Part shown: piece by piece, positions 33,502 through 42,477 of the stretch
Layout: the number at the start of each line of letters is the position of its first letter
How positions within the stretch are numbered: position 1 is the first letter of the stretch
DNA from: a bacterium
GTDB lineage: Bacteria; Electryoneota; Electryoneia; Electryoneales; Electryoneaceae
Length of the DNA: 64,000 nucleotides
Assembly: GCA_963675295.2 (NCBI GenBank)
Contig: CAXXKJ010000002.1
Span: forward strand, 2,016,001-2,080,000
Direction: 5' to 3'
Position numbers and translations under genes: made by a program
The notes under the pieces: generated by a model
The model's input: only the letters and a program-made list of their open reading frames with translations
Told to the model about the DNA's origin: nothing
Database searches by the model: none

Positions 33502-34557
33502 GTGAAGATTCCAGAACTGCTGCGGTTCTCAGTGAGTAACGGTGCATCCGACTTGCACCTGTCGTCAGGATCCATTCCGATGATCCGGATTCACGGATCG
33601 CTGCAGAAGCTCGATCTTCCCCGTTCGGAAAACGACGAACTGCGCGCTTCGATTTTGGAGATTCTCAACGAGGAACAGATTGAGCGCCTCGAAGAGATGA
33701 AGGAGATCGACCTCAGTTACAAGCTGGAAGGGATTGCGCGCTTCCGCGTCAACGTTTTCGAACAGATTGAAGGGATTGGCGGGGTTTTCCGTACGATTCC
33801 CGAAGAGATTCGCAGTTTTGAAGAATTGGGCCTTCCGGAAACGCTTCGTGAGTTGTCGATGCGCGACCGCGGGCTCGTATTGCTCACAGGCCCGACGGGT
33901 TCGGGCAAGAGCACGACGCTTGCGACGATGATCGACCAGATCAACGAGAGCAAGCAGGTTCACATCATTACGATTGAAGATCCTGTCGAGTTCTTCCATT
34001 CGTCGAAGAACTGCATGATCAACCAGCGTGAGCTTGGGGCGAGTACCCACAGCTTCGCGAACGCGTTGCGTTCGGCGCTGCGTGAAGACCCGGATGTGAT
34101 TCTGGTCGGCGAAATGCGCGACCTGGAGACGATTTCGCTGGCGTTGACCGCCGCAGAAACGGGTCACCTGGTTTTAGCCACGTTGCACACCAGCGGCGCG
34201 GCGAAGACAATTGACCGTATCATCGACATTTTCCCGGCGTCCCAGAAGACGCAGGTTCGATCGATGTTGGCGGAATCGCTGCAAGCGGTTGTGCAGCAGA
34301 AGCTGTTGCCGGTCAAGGGCGGAAAAGGCCGAGTTGTTGCCACGGAGGTGATGGTGGCGAACACGGCGGTCCGAAACCTCATTCGTGAGGACAAGATTTA
34401 TCAGATTCCGTCCGTGGTACAGTCCGGTGGTAAGGAAGGCATGCACTCGCTGGATCAGGATCTGCAGCGTCTTCTGCACCAGGGCAAGATTGACCGTGAG
34501 ACGGCGGCGTTTGTCGCGGACAACCCGAAGCTGTTCGCGGTTGATCTGTCGGCGTAA
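33502..34557 (+). CDS. pilT: type IV pilus retraction ATPase
   Basis: GASDLHL, GPTGSGKSTT, ALREDPD, TLHT, AVRNLIRE motif. Confidence 0.96.
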   Translation: MKIPELLRFSVSNGASDLHLSSGSIPMIRIHGSLQKLDLPRSENDELRASILEILNEEQIERLEEMKEIDLSYKLEGIARFRVNVFEQIEGIGGVFRTIPEEIRSFEELGLPETLRELSMRDRGLVLLTGPTGSGKSTTLATMIDQINESKQVHIITIEDPVEFFHSSKNCMINQRELGASTHSFANALRSALREDPDVILVGEMRDLETISLALTAAETGHLVLATLHTSGAAKTIDRIIDIFPASQKTQVRSMLAESLQAVVQQKLLPVKGGKGRVVATEVMVANTAVRNLIREDKIYQIPSVVQSGGKEGMHSLDQDLQRLLHQGKIDRETAAFVADNPKLFAVDLSA

Positions 34558-34700
34558 CGCTCCTTTGATTTGAGAGTTCCACCCTGCTCTAGAGGGGTGT
34601 CTTTGCGGGCAGGGATTAAGCGCATCGCATTGTTTTTTGCGATGTTGTAAAGTTGGCTGGACGCCGCACGACGGATCACATGTACCAGCACGGAGGCGTC

Positions 34701-35225
34701 ATGCATCTGCACTTCTTGCGACGTTGGTTTCGCCGGCCGAATGGCAGGCGGCGCGGGATGACCATGATCGAGTTGGTTGTCGGTCTTGTGGTTGTCGGCA
34801 CCGCTGCCGTGGGCACGTCAATTGCCGTGTTCAACGCTTATGGTCAGCTCCAGCGCCAGCGTCACCGCCTGATTGCCAACCAGCACCTGCGCGCTGAAGT
34901 GGAATACTGGCAGGGCCGGATTCACTCCGCGATGCCCACGGCACAGCAGATGAATAACGCGATGGAGCCGTTCACGGTGTTGATCGACGAGCGCGATCCG
35001 ACAACCGACGACGATGATCTCCTCGCCGAAGTGAAGCGATTGCCGATCCGGTCTCACATTCTGGTGAATACATCGACCCAGTTGCAGTATTACTGGGAGA
35101 TTCCGGTTACGATCAGGTACACGGAGACGAGTTGGGTTCTCGGTGATCCTGATGTCGAATTGAGTTATCAGCTCGTCGGATACTGGCTTGAAGCTGAGCC
35201 TACCAATCGCCGGGGGGATGACTAG
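34701..35225 (+). CDS. minor pilin (PilV-like)
   Basis: RRRG|MTMIELVV prepilin motif; RBS GGAGG. Confidence 0.82.
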   Translation: MHLHFLRRWFRRPNGRRRGMTMIELVVGLVVVGTAAVGTSIAVFNAYGQLQRQRHRLIANQHLRAEVEYWQGRIHSAMPTAQQMNNAMEPFTVLIDERDPTTDDDDLLAEVKRLPIRSHILVNTSTQLQYYWEIPVTIRYTETSWVLGDPDVELSYQLVGYWLEAEPTNRRGDD

Positions 35226-35295
35226 AGCGACTCAGGCCTGATACAGGCACGACTTTTGTGGACCTTTGGCACGGCGCGCGATGATGAGGTGCAAG

Positions 35296-35958
35296 ATGAT
35301 GCAACAGAAAAAACGACTTGGGTTTACGTTCATCGAGGTGTTGACGGTAATCGTCATCTCGGCAGGTCTCTTTCTCGGTTTCATCGTACTGCTCGTCGAC
35401 GTGACCGAGCAGATGCACATCTCGTGGCAGCTTCGTGAAGCGGAAGATTGGGGCAACTGGTACGTCAACACGTTTGTCGACAAGCTCCGCAATGGTTATG
35501 ATGTTGATCTGACGCGTGTAACTCCGCCATGCGAGGCGGAAGTGAAGTACATCTCACCTTACGATTATTCCCTGCCCGACTTACAGCGTGATATCGATAC
35601 GTATGAGTTTGAGTACGATTTCGATACTGGTTTTCCGGTGTTGCGAATCAATGAACGTCAAACTCAGTACGAGTTTTTCCCGCCACGCGAACAAGATCTC
35701 GAAGATGAGTTCTATGTTGACCCCGAGAGCTTCGAAATTCGAGTTGTTCGACGCGATGACCTGCAGGAAGGGTATGTAGAGCGATTTACTCCGTATTATA
35801 TGGAGATAGAGTTCCAACTGATGTACCGTCGTTACACCGGGCGTTTGTTCGGTGGAAATGTATACGAGAAGGTGCTGACCTTCCAGGGGGCGGCTTATGT
35901 GGCAAACGACAAGTGGCCGGTAATCAAGTCGCCGTTTGACGAACCGCAGGAAGATTAG
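35296..35958 (+). CDS. minor pilin (PilW-like), rich in acidic and aromatic residues
   Basis: KKRLG|FTFIEVL prepilin motif. Confidence 0.82.
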   Translation: MMQQKKRLGFTFIEVLTVIVISAGLFLGFIVLLVDVTEQMHISWQLREAEDWGNWYVNTFVDKLRNGYDVDLTRVTPPCEAEVKYISPYDYSLPDLQRDIDTYEFEYDFDTGFPVLRINERQTQYEFFPPREQDLEDEFYVDPESFEIRVVRRDDLQEGYVERFTPYYMEIEFQLMYRRYTGRLFGGNVYEKVLTFQGAAYVANDKWPVIKSPFDEPQED

Positions 35959-36089
35959 TTGGCGAAGTACCGCAGGCAGATTAACCCACAGGCCGGTTCG
36001 GGGTGGCTTGTATCAGTGCGTGGGAATCCATTGCGGGTGCGATAAAAGTTTGATCCCCGTGCATGAAGGATGCTGGAACGGAGGTCAAG

Positions 36090-37625
36090 ATGGTGAAGAC
36101 ACAGTTGAAGAAGCGCAAGGGCAGTGTGCTGCTCTATTCCGTGGTACTGATGCTCGTGCTGGTGGTGACCGCTGGTGCGTTCATGAAGTGGGCCGCGGAT
36201 GAGGCGTACCAGGCGAACTATGATCTGGCACGTTCGCAGGCCTACTACATCGCACAGAAGGGCGCGATTGAGCAAGGCATGGCACATCTACGCTCGAAGA
36301 AATACTACGAGTTGACCGCAGCGTCGATCGACTTGCCGGATGGCCGCGAGATGGACTATGGCGACTTCCGTGGCAAGTATGAAGGCGCCGAAGTGTTGCA
36401 ACAGACCACGCTGTACGATCTTCAGGATACCGAGTTTCTCCGGACTGGCGCCTGGGATGCGACGGCTGTTGGTGTGGTCGAGATGGAGCAGCCCAATGGC
36501 GACAAGGTCGAGGTGAAGACGCGGTACACATTGCGCAGCCAGATGCGAACGTTCGCGAACTACATGTATCTCTCGGACATCGAAACGGCGGCTCCGCCGG
36601 ACAGTTCGGGCGATGACGTGATCTGGTTCTATTCGGGCGATACGCTGTACGGCCGTGTGCACTCGAACGACTACATCGGGATCAAGCAGTCGCCGGTGTT
36701 TTATGGTCCGGTGAGTACGTCCAAGGACGAGTTCCGTGAATATGCGGCGTCTCCACACTTTGAGTACGAGCCGCAGTTCAACGTTCCGGAAGTGTATTTC
36801 CCGGAACAGGCGGACGACATCCGCAACGGTGCCGCGAACCAGGGCAACTTCTTCTCGAGCAACAACAACACGTGGTTGTACCAGTTTGAGGGCAACAACG
36901 GTGGCTGGGACTGGTACAAGTGGGAACGCGGTACGGGTGTCGAACCGAACGACAACAACGTTATCGACTTCGGCTATATCGCATACTCGTTGAACACGAT
37001 CGCGTTCGTTGAAGGAGACCTCTACATCAAGGGCGAGCTGGTTCAGGGCAAGAGCACGATTTCCAGTGGTGGCCAGATGTACCTGATCGACAACGTGAAA
37101 TACGCGGACGTATCGCTGATTTCACCGTCGATTCCGGACAATTCGCCGAACATCCTTGGTTTGGTCAGCGAGAAGAACATTATCATCCGGAACAGTACCC
37201 GGAATGGTAAAGAGAACGGCGGCAACGACAACCCGAACGCGCCGCACGACCAGGCTCATATCGTGATCACGGCCGGTCTGGTTGCGTTGGGCCAGTCGTT
37301 CACGTTCGAACACCAGAACGACACGATTGAAGGAACCTGCAACGCGAACAGTACGCCGCAGGAAGCGCCGTGGGATCACGGTTCGTACCTGTACACCGGC
37401 GGCCAGGATGAGCGCGGCTATATCTACATTCGTGGCGCGGTTGCGCAGCAGCGGCGCGGCTATGTGCACCGTTCGAACTGTGGCGGCACGGGGTACGACA
37501 AGAGTTACGACTACGATTTCCGTCTGCAGACCAATCCTCCGCCGTTGTATCTGGCGGCTCAGGATGCGGATGGCAACGTCTTCTTTGAAGTTACGAGCAG
37601 TTGGGCGGAATTTGTAACGGATTAA
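36090..37625 (+). CDS. large PilX/GspK-like minor pilin, paralog 1
   Basis: KKRKG|SVLL leader without E5; QAYYIAQKGAIE PilX N-terminal motif; large beta-rich C-terminal domain (GRVHSND). Confidence 0.82.
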   Translation: MVKTQLKKRKGSVLLYSVVLMLVLVVTAGAFMKWAADEAYQANYDLARSQAYYIAQKGAIEQGMAHLRSKKYYELTAASIDLPDGREMDYGDFRGKYEGAEVLQQTTLYDLQDTEFLRTGAWDATAVGVVEMEQPNGDKVEVKTRYTLRSQMRTFANYMYLSDIETAAPPDSSGDDVIWFYSGDTLYGRVHSNDYIGIKQSPVFYGPVSTSKDEFREYAASPHFEYEPQFNVPEVYFPEQADDIRNGAANQGNFFSSNNNTWLYQFEGNNGGWDWYKWERGTGVEPNDNNVIDFGYIAYSLNTIAFVEGDLYIKGELVQGKSTISSGGQMYLIDNVKYADVSLISPSIPDNSPNILGLVSEKNIIIRNSTRNGKENGGNDNPNAPHDQAHIVITAGLVALGQSFTFEHQNDTIEGTCNANSTPQEAPWDHGSYLYTGGQDERGYIYIRGAVAQQRRGYVHRSNCGGTGYDKSYDYDFRLQTNPPPLYLAAQDADGNVFFEVTSSWAEFVTD

Positions 37626-37726
37626 TTTGTAAAGGAGTACATAAGCGTATCCGAGTGGAGGGGATGGCCATCTCGGAGGGACGAGGGAGCGCCCGCTGGC
37701 GTTAAAGACAGGGAGCGGAGGCACGG

Positions 37727-39250
37727 ATGAAAACGACGATCCTGCGGGAGCGCAGGGGCAGTGTGCTGTTGTATGCTGTCGCCCTGATGCTGGTCCTCGT
37801 TGTAACGGCCGGTGCATTCATGAAATGGGCGGCCGACGAGGCATACCAGGCCCGTTTCGACCTCGCACGTTCTCAGGCTCATTACATCGCCCAGAAGGGC
37901 GCGATTGAGCAGGGAATGGGGTATCTCCGTTCGCAGAAGATTTACCAGATTGATCGCCCCGATACAAAACTCCCCGACGGCGGGGATGGGACCTACGGCG
38001 AATTTGTGGGACACTACGAAGACGCCTGGGTTTACCAGCAGCAGGACCTGTACGGACTCAGCGACAACGAATTCATCAAGACGGGCGCATGGGATGCGAC
38101 CGCAATCGGTGTCGTTGAATTTGAAGCTCCGGACGGCGAACTGAAGCAGGTTCGCAGCGAATACACGCTGCGCTCCCAGATGCGCACGTTCGCGAACTTC
38201 ATGTACCTCTCGGACATCGAAACCGCTCTTCCGCCCGACAGTTCCGGCGACGAAGTCATCTGGTTCTGGGATGAGGACGAGCTGTTTGGCCGGGTGCATT
38301 CCAACGATTTCATCGGAATCAGCGGTTCGCCGACCTTCCACGGGCCGGTTAGCACGTCAAAGGATCACTATCTCGTCGGTCCCGGTGGCGACAATCCAAT
38401 CTTTGATTATCCCCCGCAGTACAGCGTGCCGGAAATCCATTTCCCGGAAACCGCCATCGACATCCGTGAGGGTGCTGCAATGCAGGGGCATATGTACACC
38501 TCCGGCGACCTCGAGATGCGGTACAAGTTGATCGGCGATGGAGCCTGGGGCCTGCAGCAGTGGCCGCGCGGTGATGGGGTCGAACCACCCCCGGACACTC
38601 CGATCACACCGATCCAGTACTCATTGAACACGATCATTTTTGTTGACGGTGACCTTTACATCGCCGGTCCTTCCGTCGCGCAGCGCAGCACGGTCGCGTG
38701 TTCCGGCAACATGTATATCATCGACAATATCCTGTATGAGGGCCTGTCAACGACCAACATGGACCCCGATCCGGATTCCGAACATATCCTCGGTCTGGTC
38801 AGTGAAGGCAATATTGTAATCCGCAATACGTTTGAAAATGGTCGTGAGAACGGCGGCAATGACAACCCGAATGCCCCGCATGAATCGGCGCACGTGATTA
38901 TTACGGCGGGCATGGTCGCTCTGGGTGAAAGCTTCACGTTCGAACATCAGAACGATGAAGATGGCAATGGAGACCCACAGCCGGCGCCGTGGGATCATGG
39001 GACGTATCGTTTCTGCACGCCGCAGGATGAGCGTGGGATCATCTTTATTCGTGGTGCAATCGCACAGAAGCGCCGCGGCTATGTGCACCGGTCGAATTGC
39101 AACGGGACGGGGTATGGCAAGAACTACGATTATGATTTCCGTCTGCAGCAGAATCCACCTCCGTTGTATCTCGCCGCTCAAGATGAAGATGGAAATATTT
39201 TCTTTGAAGTGATCAGCAGTTGGGCGGACAACCCGGACAAGCAACCGTGA
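37727..39250 (+). CDS. large PilX/GspK-like minor pilin, paralog 2
   Basis: ERRG|SVLL leader; QAHYIAQKGAIE; collinear similarity with paralog 1. Confidence 0.82.
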   Translation: MKTTILRERRGSVLLYAVALMLVLVVTAGAFMKWAADEAYQARFDLARSQAHYIAQKGAIEQGMGYLRSQKIYQIDRPDTKLPDGGDGTYGEFVGHYEDAWVYQQQDLYGLSDNEFIKTGAWDATAIGVVEFEAPDGELKQVRSEYTLRSQMRTFANFMYLSDIETALPPDSSGDEVIWFWDEDELFGRVHSNDFIGISGSPTFHGPVSTSKDHYLVGPGGDNPIFDYPPQYSVPEIHFPETAIDIREGAAMQGHMYTSGDLEMRYKLIGDGAWGLQQWPRGDGVEPPPDTPITPIQYSLNTIIFVDGDLYIAGPSVAQRSTVACSGNMYIIDNILYEGLSTTNMDPDPDSEHILGLVSEGNIVIRNTFENGRENGGNDNPNAPHESAHVIITAGMVALGESFTFEHQNDEDGNGDPQPAPWDHGTYRFCTPQDERGIIFIRGAIAQKRRGYVHRSNCNGTGYGKNYDYDFRLQQNPPPLYLAAQDEDGNIFFEVISSWADNPDKQP

Positions 39251-39279
39251 CGTTTGGCGGGGCGGGGAGATCTCTCGTT

Positions 39280-39307
39280 TTGCCTCAAGCGTTCTCGGTC
39301 TTACTTT
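39280..39307 (+). promoter_or_regulatory. putative internal promoter of pilMNOPQ
   Basis: TTGCCT-N16-TACTTT. Confidence 0.4.
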
Positions 39308-39353
39308 GATTTGATGTACTCGTTGTTTCGATCACGCTAGCACGGGAAGGAAC

Positions 39354-40415
39354 ATGGCCTTCGGCAAGAAAGTACGTGTGGGGCTCGACATCGGCTACCA
39401 CTCGGTGAAGGCAGTGGTGCTGGAAGTATCCGGCCACCGCTATCGTGTGCTGCATCGTGGCGTTCGTCCTTTGTGGAACGACTCGGCGCCGTACAACCCG
39501 GATGGACCGAAGCGGAGCCAGATCGGCCCTGTGATTGTGGACTTGTTCCGATCCTTCAAGCTGTCGCCCCGTAAGCTGAAGGACCTTCGTTCCCTGGTGG
39601 ACAATCCCCAGGTGGCAGCGAAGGAGATCACGGCGATCCCGCTTGAAGAGAAGGAAATGGCGTCCGCAATGCTGCTGGAAGCGCGCAAGCACATTCCGCT
39701 GGATGGCAGTGAGACGCAGATCGACTACCAGATTCTCGGCGATCACCCGGAGGAGGCGGACAAGGTCCGCGTTCTGATCGTCGCGTCTTCGAAGAAGTCG
39801 TTCGAGAATCATCTTTCGCTGCTCAGCGAAGTCGACATTCGTCCTGCGGTTGTGGATGTAGAGTCGTTGGCCGTGGCCAACAGTTATCTCGCATTCAACG
39901 AACTTCCGGATGAAGGCCTGATTGTCTTGCTGGATGTTGGTTGTCGCAAGACGTCGATTACGCTTCTGGGGCGGAAGGATCGTTTCTTCACGCGCGAAGT
40001 GAATGTGGGTGGTGCCGCATTTACGGATGATCTGATGAGCGGTTTCGGGCTGCGGTTCGAAGAGGCCGAACGCATCAAAGCCGAAGAAGGCTTGAGTCCG
40101 AACCTTGAGCGCAAGGCGTCCGGCGAAGGTGAGCTTCGGCTTGCCAGCAAGAACGTTCTGGAGCGCTTTGGCGATGAGATCAACCGCACCTTGCGATACT
40201 ACGTCAAAGAGACGGGCCAGAGCTTCTTCAGCAAGTTCGTTCTGGTCGGTGGCGGCGCGGGGTTGACGGAGCTTCCGGATTATCTGGAGAAGAAGTTCCG
40301 TGCCGACGTCGAGACGTACGATCCATTCGCTCAGATGGAGATGGTTGGCGGCAATGGTGGCGGCCATCCGTCACAATACGCGGCCGCTGTGGGCCTTGCG
40401 ATTCGGGAGCTCTGA
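39354..40415 (+). CDS. pilM: type IV pilus assembly protein PilM
   Basis: actin-like VGLDIGYHSVK, LLDVG, VGGAAFT, LVGGGA, AVGLAIR. Confidence 0.93.
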   Translation: MAFGKKVRVGLDIGYHSVKAVVLEVSGHRYRVLHRGVRPLWNDSAPYNPDGPKRSQIGPVIVDLFRSFKLSPRKLKDLRSLVDNPQVAAKEITAIPLEEKEMASAMLLEARKHIPLDGSETQIDYQILGDHPEEADKVRVLIVASSKKSFENHLSLLSEVDIRPAVVDVESLAVANSYLAFNELPDEGLIVLLDVGCRKTSITLLGRKDRFFTREVNVGGAAFTDDLMSGFGLRFEEAERIKAEEGLSPNLERKASGEGELRLASKNVLERFGDEINRTLRYYVKETGQSFFSKFVLVGGGAGLTELPDYLEKKFRADVETYDPFAQMEMVGGNGGGHPSQYAAAVGLAIREL

Positions 40416-40418
40416 ACC

Positions 40419-41069
40419 ATGGTGAAGCAGTTTCGCATCAACCTGAACCGTCAGGAAGGGTATGCACAGCGCCTCGAACGGAAGCGGCGTGTGCGTGAGC
40501 GGATTACGCTTACCATCATCACCCTTCTTGTACTGGTTACTATCGGTCTCACGTACACCGCTGATCAGGAAATGCGGGATATCGTGGACTTGAAGGAAGA
40601 TCAGCTGGAATCGATTGTGACAAAGATTGACTCGTTGCAGAAGGCTGGTCAGAATGTCAGCAAGCAGGACGTGCTCGCGTTGGCGCGTCTTGACGCTGAA
40701 CGTGTGCTGTGGACGAAGAAGTTTGCGGCGATGGCTGATCTGATGCCGGATGACATGGCAATCACGAAGCTGCAGTTTGACCGCGGCGTTTTTGAGATCA
40801 CGGCGATTACAACGATCAACCAGGGCGAGAAGGAGTTTGACAAGGTCAAGCTTCTCATGGACCGGTTGCAGGCGACCCCTCGATTCATGGAAGATTTCCG
40901 TGACATCAAGTTCAAGCATTCGGAACGGGATGAAGAGGACGGGCAGGAGTTGTTGCATTTTGAGATCACCTGCCGCTTGGGTTCCGCAGGCACAGTTCGC
41001 GCCAGCCGTGCAGTTGGAGCCGATGGTGGTTCCCGCGCTGAGCGGTTAGCAGAACAGTTGGGGGGTTGA
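40419..41069 (+). CDS. pilN: PilN-like protein
   Basis: N-terminal RINL PilM-binding motif, TM helix, coiled coil, ferredoxin-like C-terminus. Confidence 0.82.
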   Translation: MVKQFRINLNRQEGYAQRLERKRRVRERITLTIITLLVLVTIGLTYTADQEMRDIVDLKEDQLESIVTKIDSLQKAGQNVSKQDVLALARLDAERVLWTKKFAAMADLMPDDMAITKLQFDRGVFEITAITTINQGEKEFDKVKLLMDRLQATPRFMEDFRDIKFKHSERDEEDGQELLHFEITCRLGSAGTVRASRAVGADGGSRAERLAEQLGG

Positions 41070-41072
41070 TCG

Positions 41073-41630
41073 GTGAAAAAGATAATCTACTTGTTGGTTC
41101 TGCTGGCGGTGGCCGGTGGCGGGTTGTTGTACTACTACCGGATCGAATATCCGAAGATGCCGGATAAGATTGATGACCTCAACCGCCGCATTGAAGCTCG
41201 TAACGAGAAGTTGATTTCCGCGGAAATCATCGCGTCTGAGTTGGATCTGGTTGCGAACCTGATTGACCGTAACCTTGCGATCAGCCGTGAAGACAGTCTC
41301 GCGCAGGGCGCCAGCCTTCCGTTCCTTGAGTACATGACGGGCCTGATTCAGAACCACAACATCACGCTTGTGTCGCTGGAACCGGATCGCCGGTCGGCGT
41401 CGCGTCATGATTACGTACGTACTTCCTACGATGTGGTTGTGGAGTGCACGTACCTCGAGTTCGGAGAATTGCTCAACGACATTGAGAAATCCGACCGCTT
41501 GATCACGATCGAAGAGTTTGAGATGGACAACCAGATCAACAACATCGGTCGTCGCAGCAAGCGGAGCTGGGATTCTCACCCGTTTGAGTTTACCGCAAGC
41601 ACGCTCACCTTGATCAAGCATTCGTCGTGA
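41073..41630 (+). CDS. pilO: PilO-like protein
   Basis: N-terminal TM, TYLEFGELLNDIEKSDRLITI, gene position. Confidence 0.8.
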   Translation: MKKIIYLLVLLAVAGGGLLYYYRIEYPKMPDKIDDLNRRIEARNEKLISAEIIASELDLVANLIDRNLAISREDSLAQGASLPFLEYMTGLIQNHNITLVSLEPDRRSASRHDYVRTSYDVVVECTYLEFGELLNDIEKSDRLITIEEFEMDNQINNIGRRSKRSWDSHPFEFTASTLTLIKHSS

Positions 41631-41640
41631 GGGAAGAAAC

Positions 41641-42357
41641 GTGAATCGTCAGCGAATTGATACAGTTGCAAGTCTGCTTCTTCTCGTGATCGTGGTGGTG
41701 TGTGTCGTCGGAATCGGCCGCTACTACATGGTAACGCGTGAGATCGAGCAGATTAAGGCAGAAGATGCCCGCCGCGTGATCGGTTCGGACAAGGTGTTGC
41801 TTGAGACGGTGCAGAACCTGGAAAACACCTTGGCGGAACGTATCGCCTACCAGTTTGTCAGTGACGAGGATCCCCTGGATCTGACAAAGGTGATCACCAG
41901 CATGGACTTCCTGCGCAAACTAGGCGCGGACAAGAAAGATCCGGATGCGACGGTGATGCGGCTCGCGGCCACGGTTGTCGGGGATGATGGCAGCGCTACG
42001 GCGGTGATCCGTTATCTCGGCACCGGCCACATTCTGCGAGTTGGAGATGTCCTCGAGGGTTGGGAAGTCAAGAGCATCACGAAGGAAGAAGTGAAGCTCG
42101 CCCGCGGTGGCCAGACTCGTTCTCTGGTGAACCGTCCGATTCGTGAGACACTACAGGCTGCCACAGGCACGATCCTTAGTGTCCGTCCGATGTCGGAAGA
42201 TGCGTGGCAATCGGTGTATACCGACCACGGGTATCCCGGCGATGTGAATCCGTCTGTTGAAGACGAGACAGAGGACTTGACGGAAGAAGTTCCGGCGGAA
42301 GCTGTGCCGGACTCGACCGAAGCACCGGCGGATTCCACGCAGAGTGGCAACCGGTAA
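41641..42357 (+). CDS. PilP/GspC-like protein (TM-anchored rather than lipoprotein)
   Basis: N-terminal TM; ATAVI...LRVGDVLEGWEVKSITKEEV HR-like domain; lies between pilO and the secretin. Confidence 0.68.
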   Translation: MNRQRIDTVASLLLLVIVVVCVVGIGRYYMVTREIEQIKAEDARRVIGSDKVLLETVQNLENTLAERIAYQFVSDEDPLDLTKVITSMDFLRKLGADKKDPDATVMRLAATVVGDDGSATAVIRYLGTGHILRVGDVLEGWEVKSITKEEVKLARGGQTRSLVNRPIRETLQAATGTILSVRPMSEDAWQSVYTDHGYPGDVNPSVEDETEDLTEEVPAEAVPDSTEAPADSTQSGNR

Positions 42358-42477
42358 GAGTAATTGTACCCGATGATTACGCTGGTGCAAGGGGCATAGT
42401 ACATGGGTCATGCACCGGCGTCCAGGGATAGAAAAGAACTGAGTGCACAGTAGCTGATCCCCAGGGAGAAAACGTTC

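Noticed and set aside
36090-39250. DGR, shufflon or gene-conversion cassette explanation for the PilX pair
   Set aside because: No reverse transcriptase or recombinase, no adenine-specific differences and no long identical DNA tracts; both copies are full-length genes.
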